DNA of 64,000 nucleotides from Waddliaceae bacterium (GTDB lineage Bacteria; Chlamydiota; Chlamydiia; Chlamydiales; JABHNK01): NCBI GenBank assembly GCA_018694295.1, contig JABHNK010000010.1, positions 688 to 64,687 of the forward strand, read 5' to 3'. Shown piece by piece: positions 62,674 to 64,000 of this stretch (position 1 is its first letter; each line of letters starts with the position of its first letter). The notes under the pieces were generated by a model. It saw only the letters and a program-made list of their open reading frames with translations, ran no database searches and was not told where the DNA came from. The position numbers and the translations under genes were made by a program.

Positions 62674-63858
62674 ATGCCTCTATTCAACTACGAAAGCCTC
62701 TCATCTACCGGAAGGCGTAACAAAGGAATCATCGACGCCAGCGATATCCGCGAAGCTCGCGAGAAGCTTCGCGAACAAGGCTTCACCGTCACAAAAATCC
62801 TCAAAAGCACAAAAGCAACAAAAACTACGACCCTAAAAAACAAAGACCTTCTAACCATAACAGTACAGCTTTCACAGATGATAAACGCCGGAGTCCCTCT
62901 CTATGACAGCCTCAAAATCCTAGAAGAACAATATCGTTGCGAAGCCTTCAGCCCAATAATCGTCAACATCTGTGATCAAGTAAAAAATGGGCGCTCCTTA
63001 TCTGAAGCTCTATCACTCTTTCCTGAAAGCTTCGATACCATATACTGCTCCATGGTCGCTGCAGGAGAGTCTTCTGGCTCCCTCGACACCATGCTTTTAA
63101 GAATATCTTCCCTTCTAAAAAAACAAAATACCATACGATCACAGACGATAACAGCAATGATATATCCCGCTGTTCTCGCGCTGTTCACCCTCGCTGTCGT
63201 CGTGGTGCTCATGACCTTCGTCGTGCCGACAATAGAAGATATCTTCGACGCCACCAGAGTCAACGCATACACACGCCTCGTTCTGTCGATAAGCCATTTT
63301 CTCTCGGGATACTGGCTGCTTTACATACCAATAATAGCGGGAATAACACTATCAGCAACACTATACCTTAAATCCCCGGCAGGAAAAGTGTGGCGCGACA
63401 ACGCTGCATTAAAAATGCCCTTAATCAAAACCGCCGTTGTCCAGGTTGCAATAGCGCGCTTCTCGAGAACAATGGCGACGCTACAAGAAGGTGGCGTATC
63501 CATCATAGAATCATTACGCCTAGCACGTAAGACAATGAAAAACAGCGCGCTAGAAAAAGTTGTCGAAGACGCCGAAGAAAAGATAATAGCAGGAAGCTCT
63601 CTAAGCAAACAGCTAGCGACATCGTCGATAATACCGGTGATGGTTTCGAGGATGCTCGCCGTCGGCGAAGACACCGGCGATACGGCGACGATGTTCTCCA
63701 AAATCGCCGACATCTTCGAAGAAGATACAGAAAAAACATTAACGCGAATAACGGCATTAGCGCAGCCTGTGATACTCGTAACACTGGGGGCTATCGTAGG
63801 GCTCGTACTTCTGGCAGTATTGATCCCCTTCACCGACATCACAGCACTAACACCATAA
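62674..63858 (+). CDS. gspF: Type II secretion system inner-membrane platform protein GspF
   Basis: 394 aa with the duplicated GspF domain architecture (LSEAL..FP / LSKQL), 3 TM helices, and a position directly after gspE. Confidence 0.93.
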   Translation: MPLFNYESLSSTGRRNKGIIDASDIREAREKLREQGFTVTKILKSTKATKTTTLKNKDLLTITVQLSQMINAGVPLYDSLKILEEQYRCEAFSPIIVNICDQVKNGRSLSEALSLFPESFDTIYCSMVAAGESSGSLDTMLLRISSLLKKQNTIRSQTITAMIYPAVLALFTLAVVVVLMTFVVPTIEDIFDATRVNAYTRLVLSISHFLSGYWLLYIPIIAGITLSATLYLKSPAGKVWRDNAALKMPLIKTAVVQVAIARFSRTMATLQEGGVSIIESLRLARKTMKNSALEKVVEDAEEKIIAGSSLSKQLATSSIIPVMVSRMLAVGEDTGDTATMFSKIADIFEEDTEKTLTRITALAQPVILVTLGAIVGLVLLAVLIPFTDITALTP

Positions 63859-63873
63859 AAAGGAACCGCTCTT

Positions 63874-64000
63874 ATGAAAAAAACAAAATTACTACGAAGA
63901 AACATCACCCTAATAGAAATTATCATCGTGATGTTCTTTATAACGATAATCACCGGCGTCGTAGCGTATAATATCAAAGGCGCCCTCGACGAAGGGAAAG
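63874..64000 (+). CDS. gspG: Type II secretion pseudopilin (GspG-like), 5' fragment that runs off the window
   Basis: MKKTKLLRRNITLIEIIIVMFFITIITGVVAY has a prepilin-type N-terminus with the conserved Glu at +5, but Asn where the cleavage-site Gly is expected. Confidence 0.8.
   Translation, partial: MKKTKLLRRNITLIEIIIVMFFITIITGVVAYNIKGALDEGK

Overview
This 64-kb chromosomal window looks like a chlamydia-like bacterium (phylum Chlamydiota), probably an environmental or amoeba-associated lineage. That placement is inferred from gene content only, and no database search was possible. The supporting markers are a stand-alone SWIB protein, TopA with a C-terminal SWIB fusion, a ~720-aa GreA, an rpsL-rpsG-fusA-rpsJ operon and a gspD-E-F-G type II secretion cluster. 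Most of the window is housekeeping: yebC, prfB (with its +1 frameshift), ispD, truA, secA, lipA, trkAH, uvrD, dprA-topA, parB, rdgB, ugd/manC, LPS-type glycosyltransferases, and a peptidoglycan set (SEDS protein, PgeF, NamZ, NagZ, M15A lipoprotein). One tRNA-Leu(CAA) is present. There are no rRNA genes and no CRISPR array.

Items worth a second look:
1. An ORF missing from the supplied track (1-1423, minus strand, running off the window edge) encodes a perfect IQ motif plus a kinase-like core in an A+T-rich patch.
2. An A+T-rich islet next to tRNA-Leu carries a permuted two-gene HipA-family module: a Zn-ribbon kinase followed by a HipS-like domain fused to an Xre HTH. Three phased TGACA-N8-TGTCA operator repeats sit upstream of it.
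3. A protein made of two tandem C39/papain-like domains has lost the catalytic Cys and has a K7 linker.
4. Two MITE-like repeat families are present (A: 4 copies plus a solo end; B: 3 copies). They sit at gene junctions and stop codons.
5. A nested palindromic CACAGAG-repeat element lies between the SEDS gene and pgeF.
6. An uncharacterised anchored protein sits directly upstream of gspD, and the GspG prepilin site is non-canonical.
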